Positions 50,963-63,385 of a DNA stretch of 64,000 nt are shown here, piece by piece. Positions within the stretch are counted from its first letter, which is position 1. Each line of letters opens with the position of its first letter. The position numbers and the translations under genes were made by a program. Below the pieces are notes generated by a model. The model saw nothing but the letters and a program-made list of their open reading frames with translations, did not search any database and had not been told where the DNA came from. Origin of the DNA: Lama guanicoe (lineage: Eukaryota); assembly GCA_013239625.1 (NCBI GenBank), contig MU053561.1, positions 4,757,214 through 4,821,213 on the forward strand. Reading direction: 5' to 3'.

Positions 50963-51308
50963 TTTTTTTTTTTATTGAAACAGTTGATTTACAATGTGGT
51001 GTTTCTGGGGTACAGTAAAGTGATTCAGTTATATGTATATACATGATTTTACAGATTCCATTTCATTATAGGTTATTACAAGGTATTAAGTATAGTTCCC
51101 TGTGCTATGCAGTAGGACCTTGTGTATCTATTTTATATATAATAGTTACTATCTGCAAATCCTGAACTCTACATTTTTCCTCCCCCCACCCCCCCACCAT
51201 AACCATAAGTTTGTTTTTTATGTCTGTATGTTTCTGTTTTGTAAATAAGTTCATTTGTGTTTTAGATTCCATGTAAGTGATACACAACATTACTTGTCTT
51301 TCTCTGAG
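50963..51308 (-). mobile_element. L1 3' end (cetartiodactyl/camelid type)
   Basis: Poly-T then 'attgaaacagttgatttacaatg...tatagttccctgtgctatgcagtagg'. Confidence 0.9.
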
Positions 51309-51909
51309 ACATAGATTTAAGTCTGAAGGCTCTGGCTGTTTACTTACAGATCTTTGTGCTCAAATCATCCCACGCCCAGTTTAATGCTGGTTATCTTGAG
51401 GCCACTGGAAATGACTGGTTTGTAGGGGGAATCAATGCCCCTACATCCTGGGCCACTGAGTGGTTCTCCCGTCTCGGAGAGAGATCTTAAAACATGCTTG
51501 AGGAAGGTTAGGGCCATCCCACAGACCTATTTCCCGTTGCAAGGCTGTCTCTTAGTCTAGAAACACTTTAGTTCAGTGACTAGAATCAGCTTAGATTTTT
51601 GACCCACAGAAGCCCCCCATTCTCACCCTCTCAGGCAACTGAGACTGCAGGCTGCAGGCAGGACAGTAATTCTTCAGCCGAGTATTACTCCCCTCCACCC
51701 CTCGCTGCAGACCAACCAGGTTTCCCCTAGATTATTCTAAAAGGGATAGAGTACCCCAAACACGCCAACATTCTGATTTTTCCCTCTCAACCATTTCCTC
51801 CAGGACCACAGGCTTGGTTCACACCCCTCAATGTGCTGTTGGTGACAGTTTGACCAAAGGTCTTGCCCTGGAGACATCACCGGTTTTCCAGCATGCAATG
51901 ATTCTTTCC

Positions 51910-52270
51910 TGTCACCCGCTAGATCAGTGCCATGCATTTTTCTGGGTGTAAGAAAGACCCCAAATAACAAGGACTTTGATAGGAGTGGCCTATTTCTCAT
52001 GTCACTGTCTGAGGGCAGGCAATCTAGGGCTCTGCTTTAGGAGACTGTCTAGGGACCATCTGGTTCCTCCACCCTGCCTCAGATGTCGCCCCGTGTCCAT
52101 GTGTCATTCTGTAGGATGGAGGCAGGTAACATGACATCCTCCCCGCCCCCTTTAAAGGCATGCCCTGGGAATGGCCCACCTCCCTTCTTTCTTCTCGCAT
52201 CTCACTGGCCACAAGCTAGTCAGTAACCACACAGAACTGAAAGGAGGCTGGCGATGCAGTCTTTCTTAGA
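51910..52270 (-). mobile_element. MaLR LTR (MLT1-like)
   Basis: 'aagaaagaccccaaataacaaggacttt...tctcactggccacaagctagtca...aaggaggctggcgatgcagtcttt'. Confidence 0.6.
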
Positions 52271-52799
52271 ACAGAGTCGATGTTGGTGGACAATGTAATC
52301 AATTAGTCCCCACCAAATCAGGTCAGACCATCTTGATTACCACTCCAGCCCTGCAGCCTATTGGAACGCCCATGATTATCTTGTTTTTGGCAGTGAAGTG
52401 CCTGAAATCAGCTGCTTCTACTCTGATATCTTTCCTTTTCCATTCGAATCAAGGGTCCCATTTCAACTGCATCATTGGTTTATGGAAATCAGTCACAAAA
52501 TTGCTTTTCAGAGATGCTGGTACTCTCCTCAACAACACATTTTGGTCCTCTGGGCTCTCTAGAGGATAGAATAGATGTATGGGCAGGGCACACATGATAC
52601 ATCTCCTATAGCATTTCTATATCTAAGTTTTTACATTCCTTCCTCCATTATTCCATAGAATTTCATTCTGCAGAAGTCACTCGAGTCCAGGTTTGAAATC
52701 AACAACTAACATGGCAATTAGGGCCACTCGCAGTGGCTGGAGCTAGAACACTGACTGATTTCTGGCCAGCAATACTCCTGATTAAATAATGACGGAAAA

Positions 52800-53210
52800 T
52801 GGTGCACTCATGGCAAACACTGGGATGTGCCACTCAACCCACCTCTTAGGAATGAGGGACTGACTTCCTCAGCTGCTGGGCATGGGGCTGGCAGTGGGCC
52901 CTCCGCTGGCAGCCCACGTAGGGCCGCTTCAGGTGAGGAAAAGCACTGCCCTTGGTCAGGCCCCCTTCCTGCAGCAGCCACATCCAGGGGTTAGTCAAAG
53001 CTGGGTTATAAATGCCTGGACCCTTGGCCCCAACTTGCACAGCTCCATGGCCATCCCAGCTCCTAAGCCCGCCATGGGGCTGGCTGAGGTCTCTGCTCGA
53101 CCTCTCTGCCCAGCTCTGCTTCAGTCCACAGACGTGGTCCCCCAAGCGCTTCCTTTATTAAAGGCCCTACATGCTAATCTCCATCTCAGAGTCTCCTACT
53201 CTGAAACACT
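52800..53210 (+). mobile_element. ERVL solo LTR (LTR16-like)
   Basis: TATA-like 'ggttataaatgcctgg' and the 3' 'catgctaatctccatctcagagtct' signature. Confidence 0.65.
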
Positions 53211-53291
53211 TTTGATGAGGATTTAACTTGTTTTTAAGGTTATTTTCCCCCTCATCTCTATATTATTTTCTTTGTTTTTTAAAACGTCTTC

Positions 53292-54690
53292 TTTTTTATT
53301 GATGGTTTGTTGATTTACAATGTTGTTAGTTTCTGGTGCACAATGTAGTGATTCTGCTATATAAACACTCTTTCACATTCTTTTTCATTATAGGTTATTA
53401 TAAGCTATTGATATAGTTCCCTGTGCTATACAGTAGGACCTTGTTGTTCATCTATTTTATACGTAGTAGTTTGAACCTGCTAATCCCAAAATCCTAACTT
53501 ATCCCTCCCCTACACCTCCTTTCCCCCCGGTAATCATCAGTTTGTTTTGTAATGTCTGAGTCTGTTTCTGTTTTGTAAACAAGTTCATTTGTGTCACTTT
53601 TTTTAGTTTCCACATATAAGTGATATCCTATGTTACTTGTCTTTCTCTGTTTGACTCACTTAATATGATGATCTCTAGGTCCACCCATGTTGCTGCAAAT
53701 TGCATTATTTCATTCTTTTTTATGGCTGAGTAGTATTCCATTGTATAAATATACCACAACTTCTTTATCCAGTCATCTGTCAGTGGACATTTAGTTTGCT
53801 TCCATTTCTTGGCTATTGTATATAGTGCTGCTATGAACATTGAGGTACATGTATCTTTTCAAATTAAAGTTCCCTCTGGATGTATGCCCAGGAGTGGGAT
53901 TGTTGGATCATATGGTAAGCCTACTTTTAGTTTCAGGAATCTCCATACTGTTTTCCATAACAGCTGCACCAAACTACATTGCCACCAGCAGTGTAGGAGG
54001 GATCCCTTTTCTCCACACCCTCTCCAGCGTTTATCGTTTGTGGACTTTAATGATGGCCATTCTGACTAGTGTGAGGTGATACCTCATTGTGGTTTTGATT
54101 TGCATTTCTCTGAAAATTAGCAATACTGAGCATTTTTTCATGTGCCTCTTGGCCATTTCTATGTCTTCACTGGAGGAATGTCTGTTTAGGTCTTCTGCCC
54201 ATTTTTGATTGGGTTCCTTGTTTTTGTTATTGAGCTGAATGAGCTGTTTATATATTCTGGAAGTTAAGCCCTTGTCAGTCGTATCATTTACAAATATTTT
54301 TTCCCAGTCCATAGGTTGTCTTTTTGTTTTATTGATGGTTTCCTTTGCTGTGCAAAAGCTTATAAGTTTAATTAGGCCCCATTTGTTTATTTTTGCTTTT
54401 ATTACTACTGCCTGATAGACTGCCCTAGGAGAACGTTGCTAAGATTTATGCCAGAGAATGTTTTGCCTATGTTTTCTTCTAGGAGGTTTATAGCGTCTCA
54501 TCTTATGTCCAAGTCCTTAAATCATTCTGAGTTTATTTTTGTGTGTGGTGTGAGGGAGTGGTCTAACTTTATTGATTTACACATGGCTGTCTAGTTTTCC
54601 CAACACCACTTGCTGAAGACATTGTCTTTTCTCCATTGTGCACTCTTGTCTTCTTTGCAAAGACCAATTGACAGTAGGTGGGTGGGTGGA
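53292..54690 (-). mobile_element. 5'-truncated L1 (~1.4 kb, ORF2 C-terminus plus 3'UTR), relatively young
   Basis: ORFs 53628-53840 and 54031-54312 are recognisable L1 ORF2 ([40 protein letters not shown]). Confidence 0.92.
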
Positions 54691-54698
54691 TTTAACTT

Positions 54699-54919
54699 AA
54701 GTTGACCCTTGAACAGCCCATGGGTAAGGGCTGCACAGGGCCTTTGCACAGCTGAAAATCCCGGTATGATTTACAGTCATTCCTCTATACCCACAGTTCC
54801 TCCCTATCTGTGGATTCAACCAACCACTGACTTGTAGTACAATGGTATTTACTATTGAAAAAAATCCGCATGTAAGTGGACCTATGCAGTTCAAATCCGT
54901 GTTGTTCAAGGGTCAGCTG
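54699..54919. mobile_element. Tigger2-derived MITE (second copy)
   Basis: TIRs agttgacccttgaaca...tgttcaagggtcagctg; body similar to 27452-27674. Confidence 0.85.
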
Positions 54920-56563
54920 TGATTATGCTCCACCCCTTTGACCCCTGCTTTGAGGTCATTCAGGTTGTGTCTGACTCTAGTTATAGACAGACTTATAAGC
55001 AATGAGTGACAGAGCGGGGGGAGGGCATCAGTAGAACTGGCTTCCTTCTGCAAGAAATGTGTGAAGGGGGTTATAGCATCTTCAAACTAGACATCAGACA
55101 GGGAGGGGAATGGGTTTCAGTTGGCAAGGGAGACCTAGTGGGGATTCAACGCTCAGTGTGCTCAGTCCAGATTTCCCCAGATATCTTTATTACAAAATTT
55201 GGGGGATGACAGTCTTTCCTGAAAGATGCCCTAGCCTTCCCGTAACATATCTAGGGAGTTAGTCAATTCAGTAGATGTTGAGATTTGACAGTAACTCTAT
55301 GCTTGGTTTGCAGCTATTTTAGCCTTAAAAGACCACACGTGATAAGATAACACAGTATTAAAGCCTTTAAGTTGAACATTTACAGATGTGAGCTTGTCAT
55401 TTTTCAAACTGTCCTATCCTCTTAGGAAAAGCCATGCTTCCAACACTCCTTACGATTCATGCTCTTCATTTTGTTCTATGCAAGTAGCAATGTGGTCTTC
55501 AAAGTTTCACTTTCATGAGTTCATCTTTCCAGGTGACTAAAAGTGATAACTTAATATTAGCAATTCACCCCTGAGAGCCAGGGGCTGCCAGATTCCCTCC
55601 CCTGGACATTAACTGGGTATTACTGCTCTCTCTGACAAGCCAGAGAACCAGTCCTCCAGCCAGCTCTCCAGTCAACTCTCCAATTCCTTGCACCTCTCTC
55701 CTGTTGTTGATTTCTTTACTAGTCAGTGTTCTCGAATTAATACAAGGCACCAACTCTGGTTGACTTCAGAAAAGGAACTGATTTAGCGAGGAACTGATAC
55801 AGAGTCTACAGGAGGGCTGGAGAACCGGGTTGAGAGAATGAGAAGGAAACAGGGTAGAGTGGGGGGGGGTGGGTGCAGGACATAGACACGCTGCCTGGAC
55901 CAAGACAGGACATTGCACGTTACTACTGGGACCACCTGAATGACAATTTTTAATTGTCCCAGGCTTTTAAGAAGTATTTTCATTGAAAATACTAACGAAA
56001 TAAAAGTGTTGAGTAGAATTAGCTGATTCATTGCACTTGGGTCCTATGACCATTGGTCCCAGATATCACAGAGTATCTGGCCTCTTGGACTTTTGAAGAT
56101 CAGTGGGGTGTTGCCTCCCACCAAACTCATACAATGGCAGATTCTCCAATATAGAAAGTGGGTTCAGACGTTGGGCAGCAAAATATCAAAACAAAACCAA
56201 GTTTGTTGCATCGACCCCCTCTCTCTCTTCCCTACACACCTGCTGGTCATCTCCACATGGACACCCCCGTAGATGGCTCAAGTCCTCCATGTCTAAACTG
56301 AAGTCATCTTCTCAGCTAAACATGCTCCTTTTTATTACACCCCAACTCAGTTGGTGACATTTCTCTCCATCTCAGTTGTCCAAGTTAAAATCCCATGAGG
56401 CTTCCTTAACTTAACTCTTATCCCCCACATCCAATTACCCCATCATTTAGATTCTGCTTCCTAGGGATGTATAAATTCACCTCTTCCTACTCTTTACTGC
56501 CACTACCTTATTTCAAGCCTTCATTATCTTCTCACTGAATTATTTCCATAGTTTCTTAACTGG

Positions 56564-57006
56564 TATATCAATTAGCTTTTAAAGCAATAATCCTTTTAGC
56601 AAAACACCAAAACTCAGTGGCTTACAACAACAAGTATTTCTCACTCATGTGCCTACAAATTGGCTGTGGTTCAGTGATCTAGGATAGGCCTGACTGGACT
56701 TGTCTCAGCTGCAGGTTGGGTGTAGGCCTGTTTCACTGGTGTGCCATCCTTCGGGCACTGTTGGCTGCCAGAGGGATGTGGAGGCACACTCTTCTCATGG
56801 CGGCAGGCAGGGGCACGAGTGGGTTAGCTCAACCATGCAAGTGCATTTCAAACCTCTGCTTGTGCAGTGTCTAACATCCCATTAGCCAAATCAAGTCCAA
56901 GGTTAAAAAGTGTACTGCACTCACCATGAAGCCACGGAAAAGGCATGGATGTGTAATGCTACTGAAGTGGGGTAAAGAATTGGGACCAATAATTCGATCT
57001 ATCACA
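56564..57006 (-). mobile_element. MaLR solo LTR (MLT1-like) nested in L2
   Basis: Perfect 5-bp TSD actgg at 56559-56563 and 57007-57011; 'ccaaaactcagtggcttacaacaac' signature. Confidence 0.8.
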
Positions 57007-57423
57007 ACTGGTTTCCCTGCCTCCAGTCTTGTCCCCCTCAGGTTCATCTTTCAAACTGCTTCCAGAAGTATCTATCCAAATGCCAACCTGACTTTGTAAT
57101 TTTCCTGCTTAAAACTTTGATTTTTATTTAACAAAGCACAAAGATATATTAACAAGTCCTTCATAATTTGGCTGTTGGCTGCCACCATTAGTTTCACCTC
57201 TTGCTACCTCTACATCACCATCCACTCCTTGACTTGATTTAAGATCTAGAAATGTAAAGCCACCAAGATTTTGTCTTTGTATCTTTGCTTATACTGTTCC
57301 TCATGCTGCTCTGCCTCCCTTCAGCAGGCTAACTCCTACCCCGCCTTAACTGAAGAATCACTTCCTCCAGGTTGCTCTCTGCAACCCAGTCACCCTCTTC
57401 CCTAGCCTTTGTTGCTGAGCTCC

Positions 57424-57770
57424 TGTTATAGACTGAATGTCCTTGTCCCCCTAAAATTCATATGTTGATATCTGATCTCCAGTATGATACTTGGAAGTGA
57501 GATATTGGGAGGTGATTAGGTCACGAGGGTAGAGCCCTCAGGAATGGGGCTGGTGCTCTTACAAGGCAGCAAAGGGACCAGAGCTTTCGCCACCACGGGA
57601 GGAGGCAACAAGAAGGCAGCTGTCTACACCCTGGGAGAGGGCCCTGACCAGAACCCAAGCGTGCTAGCACTGGATCTCCAACGTCCAGCCTCCAGACTGT
57701 GAGAAGTAAAAGTCTATTTTTAAGGCACCCAGTCTATGGTACTTTGTTAACAGCCTAGCTGACCGAGACA
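57424..57770 (+). mobile_element. MaLR solo LTR (MLT1A-like)
   Basis: tgttatagactgaatgt...ctgaccgagaca termini; TSD gctcc/gcccc. Confidence 0.85.
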
Positions 57771-59344
57771 GCCCCATAATGGCACCCCAGAAGTGTTTGT
57801 TGATTTCCTTGCCATTTTCTCCCATCATGCCATGAGCCCTTTAGATCTTCATGCTGGTATGATGTCTGGGTCACAGAAGGTGTTCAGTAAATGTTGATCT
57901 GAACTGAACTGCCTCACACCTATTGACTTCTTATACCCAGATCGCCTGTCTTATTTTTTTGAGGCCATCAGATTTAGAAAGGAAGGAATGAGCTTTGCAA
58001 CTTCTTCAATGAGGAAGGAAGAGAAGTGTCCTAGGGTGGCTGAAGAATAACACATTAGGTGCATTAGGGCTTACAGTATGGAAGTGTGATAAGGAATTTT
58101 GATTTGGAAAGTTGGGTTTCAGCTGTTCACAGATGGTCATTCCCACTACGCTGTCTGGAAGCCAGAGATGGGAAATGTATTGTTCATAAAAATAGGTCAG
58201 GACTGTAGAGGTGTATTTGGCATCATCTGTGTTGTGTTGGGGTGATAATAGAAGCCATTAGAGTTACTTAGTACGATGGGGACTGAAGCCTAGTGAACCA
58301 CCAACTGCTCTGAAGAACAAATGCTCCAGTGTGTTAATAAGTCTTGATGTTACCTGCGCAGAAGTGGTGGGTGAGCTGAAACATGAACTTTCTGAAGACA
58401 GTTTCTCACTCAAAGAAATAATTGATGGTGGACAATCTGTTCCTGGGATAGGGTTTTTGTGGCATTCTCAAATCCCATCACCTAGGTAGCTGCCAGTCAA
58501 ACATTCATGATGTTTCCTACAATAATAGGATGTGATGTTTAAAGCCCAGGCCATGTGGAAATTGGTTTTGATTTATTTTTAATGAACTTGGAAGTCTCCA
58601 ATGCCCCTACTGGATGTCTAAGATTTCTAAAAACAATCTAAGACTAGCAATATGTTCTTTCAGCAATTGAACCATAGCAATTTAATGAAAAAATAAAATC
58701 CCCAAACTTTTTTTTAACATGAATGTTTTGGGGAAACCCCTCTGAACCTTCTATGTCACAGTCTAGAAATGTACATTGCCAGCTGTTCCTGTAACAGGAA
58801 TAGAAGATGTTCTGAAAAGTTCAAATGAAGAAAAATCAGTTAACTTTGCACTTGATTTCCTCTGGGTGCCACAAAATTCTTCTCTGAATCTACTCTAGAT
58901 TGAAATGTTTGTTAAAGTTTCATCAATTGTGTTCACAGTTAGATGCTCTGGTCAAAAAAGTTTGTCTGCCAGTCCTGCTTTACTAGCTATGAAATGATTT
59001 TTCATACATTATTGAAAGCCCCAAGTTTAATAAAGCCAAAGGCATTGAAATGTTATAAATGCATAGAGCTGCTTTTCATGATTAAAGAGGGAAAGTTTGA
59101 GAGCAAAGCATGGAGAGCAGGGAGAGGTGGCACCCCTGCATCAGGGATGGGAGTGGGGAATGGGCCAGCCTCTTGGTTACACGTCTCCTTTCTGCATTAG
59201 AAGGAATAATTTTTTTGGTTCATACCACTTTCCTAATTTTTGTTTTCAGCTATGCACTGAGATTGGAGAATAAACAAATATGAGCAAGAAATGTGAAAAG
59301 GCTGGAGTTTGAGTGTTATTTTACTTCAGTTTAAGGGAGAGGAA

Positions 59345-59960
59345 CATATCAGATTCAACAGACTTCAAGACAAAATATCACCAGTGATAGAAGGACATTT
59401 CATAATAAGATCAACTTGCTAGGAAAACAAAACAGTTGTAAATGCTCATGTGCCTAATAACAGAGTTTCAAAATACATAAAGCATAAACCTCTCAACAAT
59501 TGATAGAACCACTAGACAAAAAAAAAATCAGTAAAGATATAAATGATATGAACACTATCAACCGCCTTGACCTAACTGATGTTATGGAACACTATAACCT
59601 ACAACTGCAGAATGCACATGCTTTTCAAACATGCATGGAGTGTTCACCAAGACAGGTCATTTATTAGGCCAGGAAATAAATTTCAATACATGAAGGAATT
59701 GAAATCATATAGAATGTTTTCTGACCACCATGTAATTATACTAGAAATCAATAATATGATATTTAGGAAAACTCAAGATACTTGAATTAAACCACATGCT
59801 TCTAAACTACATGTCACTGAAGAAATCAAGAGTGAGGTTAGAAAATACCTTAACTGAAATGACAAATATGCAACATATCAAAATTTATGGAAAGCAGCTA
59901 AAGCAGAGCTTAGAGGGAAATTTATAGGTTTATACAATTACATTTAAAAAGGTCTAAAAA
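59345..59960 (+). mobile_element. L1 ORF2 endonuclease-region fragment
   Basis: ORF 59579-59785 includes 'MFSDHHVIILEIN', the L1 endonuclease SDH motif. Confidence 0.8.
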
Positions 59961-60689
59961 GAGTAATAGTCCTCTCCTCATTAGTATATTTAATAAATTA
60001 ATATCACTTAATTGGGTATATAGAACTGATTAGAACAGACATGGTTCCTGCCTTCTGGTTGACCAGTCTAATGAGACAGACAGATAAGCAAACACAGGTA
60101 AATATAAAATTAAACTTATAATAAATGCTATGAAGGCAAAGAATGAAGTACTACGGGGTGAGGTGACCTAAATTAGATTGGAACATAAAAGAAAGCCTCT
60201 TTGAGAAAGCAACATTTAAGCTCAGCAGAACTTGAGTTAAAAGCAAGAGATAGTTGAGCTTTGAATGAGGAAAGTGTTCCTGGTAGAAGGAGCTGTGTGT
60301 GGAATAAGTAGCTGGATATATGGTTCAGGAGCTCAGAAGAGAGTTTAATCATCTGAACAGTCAGTGTTCTGAATTGCAAGTGTAGGTAAGAATTATGTGA
60401 AATATTTATTTTCTATTCATTTCTCTGTCTTCTGCTTTGAGTAACCCAGGGGGTGGTTTCTCTTCTCTAGCCCACCCCAAGTACCAGCAAAGACTCAAAG
60501 ATGCAGCAGGGCTAAGGGCCAGACAGAAACTTGAATGCTTGCAGAGTGAGGTTTTCTGCTCTCAAAGACTAATTAGGACCAGGGTTGGAGGAAGGGTAAG
60601 CAGAAGTTGGAAAGTCAACTTAGAAGGGAGAGGAGAGAGTAGCAGAGAGACCAAGGGTCATTGTTAGAGAAGAAAGGCTTGTCTTGTCT

Positions 60690-61163
60690 TGCAACGGAGC
60701 AGGAGCCTCTGGGGCCTTGCCAGGACAGGGCCCTCCCCCATGTCCTCTGCTGGAGCTCCTCTCTGAAGGACCTAGATGGTAGTCTCTGATGCACACTTCC
60801 TGAGTTGTCCTGCAGATGCTGGGACCCTGAACCAGATGCAAGAAGTTAATACATCCCCTCTGGAGTCCAGCTGGAACCAGGAAATATTCGCAACAACTTA
60901 TCACCTTTTTACTTTACCTCACCATCAACCAGAGAAGTGTGCATGAACTGATTATATACCCTGGGACTCCCCTCCCTCGCCTCACCTTGCCTTTAAAAAT
61001 GCTTTGCTGAAACCCGTCAAGGAGTTCGGACTTTTTGAGTGCTAGCTGTCCCAGACTCCCTGTATGGTGCCTTACAATAACACAGCACCTTCCTTCACCA
61101 CGGCCCGGTGTCAGTACATACTGCACACGGGTGAGCAGTAAACCCCAGTTTGATTCGGTAAGA
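60690..61163 (+). mobile_element. 5' LTR of a decayed ERV1-like provirus
   Basis: tg start, TATA-like tttaaaaa (~60992), AATAA, end 'ttcggtaaga' immediately before a PBS. Confidence 0.85.
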
Positions 61164-61167
61164 ATTT

Positions 61168-61185
61168 TGGTGCCCAACATGGGGC
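61168..61185 (+). promoter_or_regulatory. Retroviral primer-binding site complementary to tRNA-Lys1,2 (CUU)
   Basis: TGGTGCCCAACATGGGGC versus canonical TGGCGCCCAACGTGGGGC; both differences are CpG-deamination changes. Confidence 0.85.
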
Positions 61186-61672
61186 TGCAGTCCCAAGTGA
61201 ATGTCTTGCTCATGACGCATCAGCCCCTGGCTGGTGATGGCTCCCAGGTCCTGTCCAGGAGCTGCCTGAGCACCTTTGTCTCAGGGACAGCCCCAAGTGC
61301 TTGCCACCAACTGGGCATTGTTGGCCCATGGTGCTTTTGAATTCTGTCGTAAAGGAAATAAGGCACTTGCACTGGCTGGTTGAGATGTCTCTGGTAAGTA
61401 ATGGAGCTCGAGGGGGACAACATTAGGGTATTCCTTCCTGTTGTGTTGGCTTTGCCTGTGGTGGAGCATTGGTTGGGATTTTCCCTTTGGCCTAAGGCTT
61501 GGTCATTCAGCCCCATCTCTGATGGGGCATTGGTTGGGGTTCTCCTTCTGGGGCTAGGAAACTGTGACCCCACGAGACCGTTTTGCATTGCATGGGTTTT
61601 CTTGTTTGCTTGCTATTTTCTTGTTTGTTTGATATTTGACAACACCGGCTATGAATAATTAAGTATGGGTAT

Positions 61673-62170
61673 TGTCGACTGAAATAAATGCACAGCCTGA
61701 AAGTTAAAAGAGTTATGTTTTATTTGGCGGGAGGACTCGAGCTGAGATGACAGCCTCTCAGATCGCTCTGAGGGACTGCTCCGAAGAGGTAGGGGAGGAG
61801 CTAGGATATAGAGGAGCTTTACAACAAAGACCAGGTTGTCGGAACAATAAAAGATTGCTTGTTATCTAAAGAAAGCCAGGCATCTCAAGTTCAAGAATTT
61901 AGTGCTTTTCTGTGTATGGGAGGAAGCAAACATTTGGGCTCACTGAATTCATTCCTTTGACAAGCACCTAGCTATCTAGGGCCAGTATCCTGTCCTTTCT
62001 TAGGTTCTAAGTCCGCTCAGAGGGCACCATTGTGAGTGGCTGCAGAGCCTGGGCTGCAGGCCTGTCCTCACTGGGGGATGGCGGCAGCCGCTGATGACTT
62101 GGTTTCAGCATCCTTTGTTTACTGATGTGGTTGCAGTAGTTTCATTTACATTGCAGTGTTTTCGTTCACA
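61673..62170 (-). mobile_element. Nested ERV1 solo LTR (MER41-like)
   Basis: tgtcgactgaaa...ttcaca termini; 4-bp TSD gtat/gtag; reverse AATAAA near the left end. Confidence 0.8.
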
Positions 62171-62345
62171 GTAGTCAGAGCTCTACTCCATCTTGTGGTT
62201 CTCCTAGGGTGTACTTTGCAAAACTGGGAGAGCTTCAGCTATGCTCCCATAAAAGAAAGAAAATGTTTTTATTGTAACATAGTTTGGCCTCAGCTTTCCC
62301 TGAGATCTGGAGAACAATGGCCCCTAATGGCTCTGGCTGTTGTAT
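62171..62345 (+). pseudogene. Relic gammaretrovirus-like gag matrix (MA) domain; its ATG is left at 61665
   Basis: 'LGCTLQNWESFSYAPIKERK.FYCNIVWPQLSLRSGEQWPL' resembles class I ERV matrix (PLGC...W...FC...WP.......WP); frameshifted. Confidence 0.75.
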
Positions 62346-62659
62346 CAAAGTGAGTTTTTGGAATTGGTTGGGCATTTATCTTGGGTGTGTGAGTGAACGC
62401 TATATATATTATGGCCTGTTACTGCTGTTTCACTGAATTGGATATTTGGAAACTGGAGGAAAAACTCCCCAGAAATGGCCATGATGACTAGTTTTTGCAT
62501 ACGCAGTTAGAGGAAGCTTGTTTTCTAGGAGAAACTTGCATTTCCCTCCCCATGCCTTTATAATGTAAATGTTCTGCGTGGGCTCTCAGAGACTTATCTG
62601 ATCTTCTGTAGTCCCTGGGAATGAGAAGAGAGAGGCCTTTTTAAACACAAGCAGAAAAA

Positions 62660-62777
62660 ATGTGACAATGAATATATATATGCTCATGTGTGACTGAAAA
62701 ATTGTGCTCTACACTAGAATCTGACACAACATTGTAAAATGACTATTAATCAATAAAAAAGCAAATAAAAATAAAAA
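62660..62777 (+). mobile_element. Very short young L1 3' tail
   Basis: AATAAA and A-rich tail; identical flanking repeat taaacacaagcagaaaaa at 62642-62659 and 62778-62795. Confidence 0.8.
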
Positions 62778-63145
62778 TAAACACAAGCAGAAAAACAGAT
62801 CTCTGATTCTGTCTTTTTGTGAAAGTTAAACTTGTCAATGAGCTCTAATTAACCTAAAAGTAATCTCTTACAAGTTAAATACTTATAAATATAAAAGAAA
62901 CCATCCAGAACAAATTTCAGGTTCAAGTGATCTAGGAAATAGTCAATACTAAATTAATATCAGATATTAAAGCTAACTCAAAACTTGTTGGTTTAATCAA
63001 TAGAGACATCTTAGTTTTATGTTCCTAGGTTTACTGATAGCCAGTAAGTTCATGTTATTTGTTAGTTTGTCAGCAAAAACAAACAAACAAACCCCCAAAA
63101 CAAACTTGGTATGATTTTCATAAATTATAAAAGTAAATGAGATAG

Positions 63146-63268
63146 TGGGAGTGTATAGGTCAGTGGGAGTGCGTGCTTAGCATGCACAAGGTCCTGGGTT
63201 CAATCCCCAGTACCTCCATTAAAAATAAATAAAATATATCTAATTACCCTACCATGTCCCCCCAAAAC
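63146..63268 (+). mobile_element. tRNA-Ala-derived SINE (Vic-1-like) nested in the provirus
   Basis: gtgcgtgcttagcatgcacaaggtcctgggttcaatccccagtacctccattaaaaataaat. Confidence 0.85.
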
Positions 63269-63385
63269 GTAAAGCAGAGTTTTCAGGTGAACTCTTTCAG
63301 GAATAATTATGTCTTGGGTATGTCTATCCAGAGTATTTTCCCCCAGAACTTTGGTAACTTGAGTGATGTGGGATAAGGTGGCTGG

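Larger units (their letters stand above)
56230..57910 (+). mobile_element. LINE-2 remnant interrupted by two MaLR LTRs
   Basis: Pyrimidine-rich L2 body ('ctcaagtcctccatgtctaaactgaa', 'aactggtttccctgcctccagtctt') and 3' end 'cacagaaggtgttcagtaaatgttg'. Confidence 0.7.
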
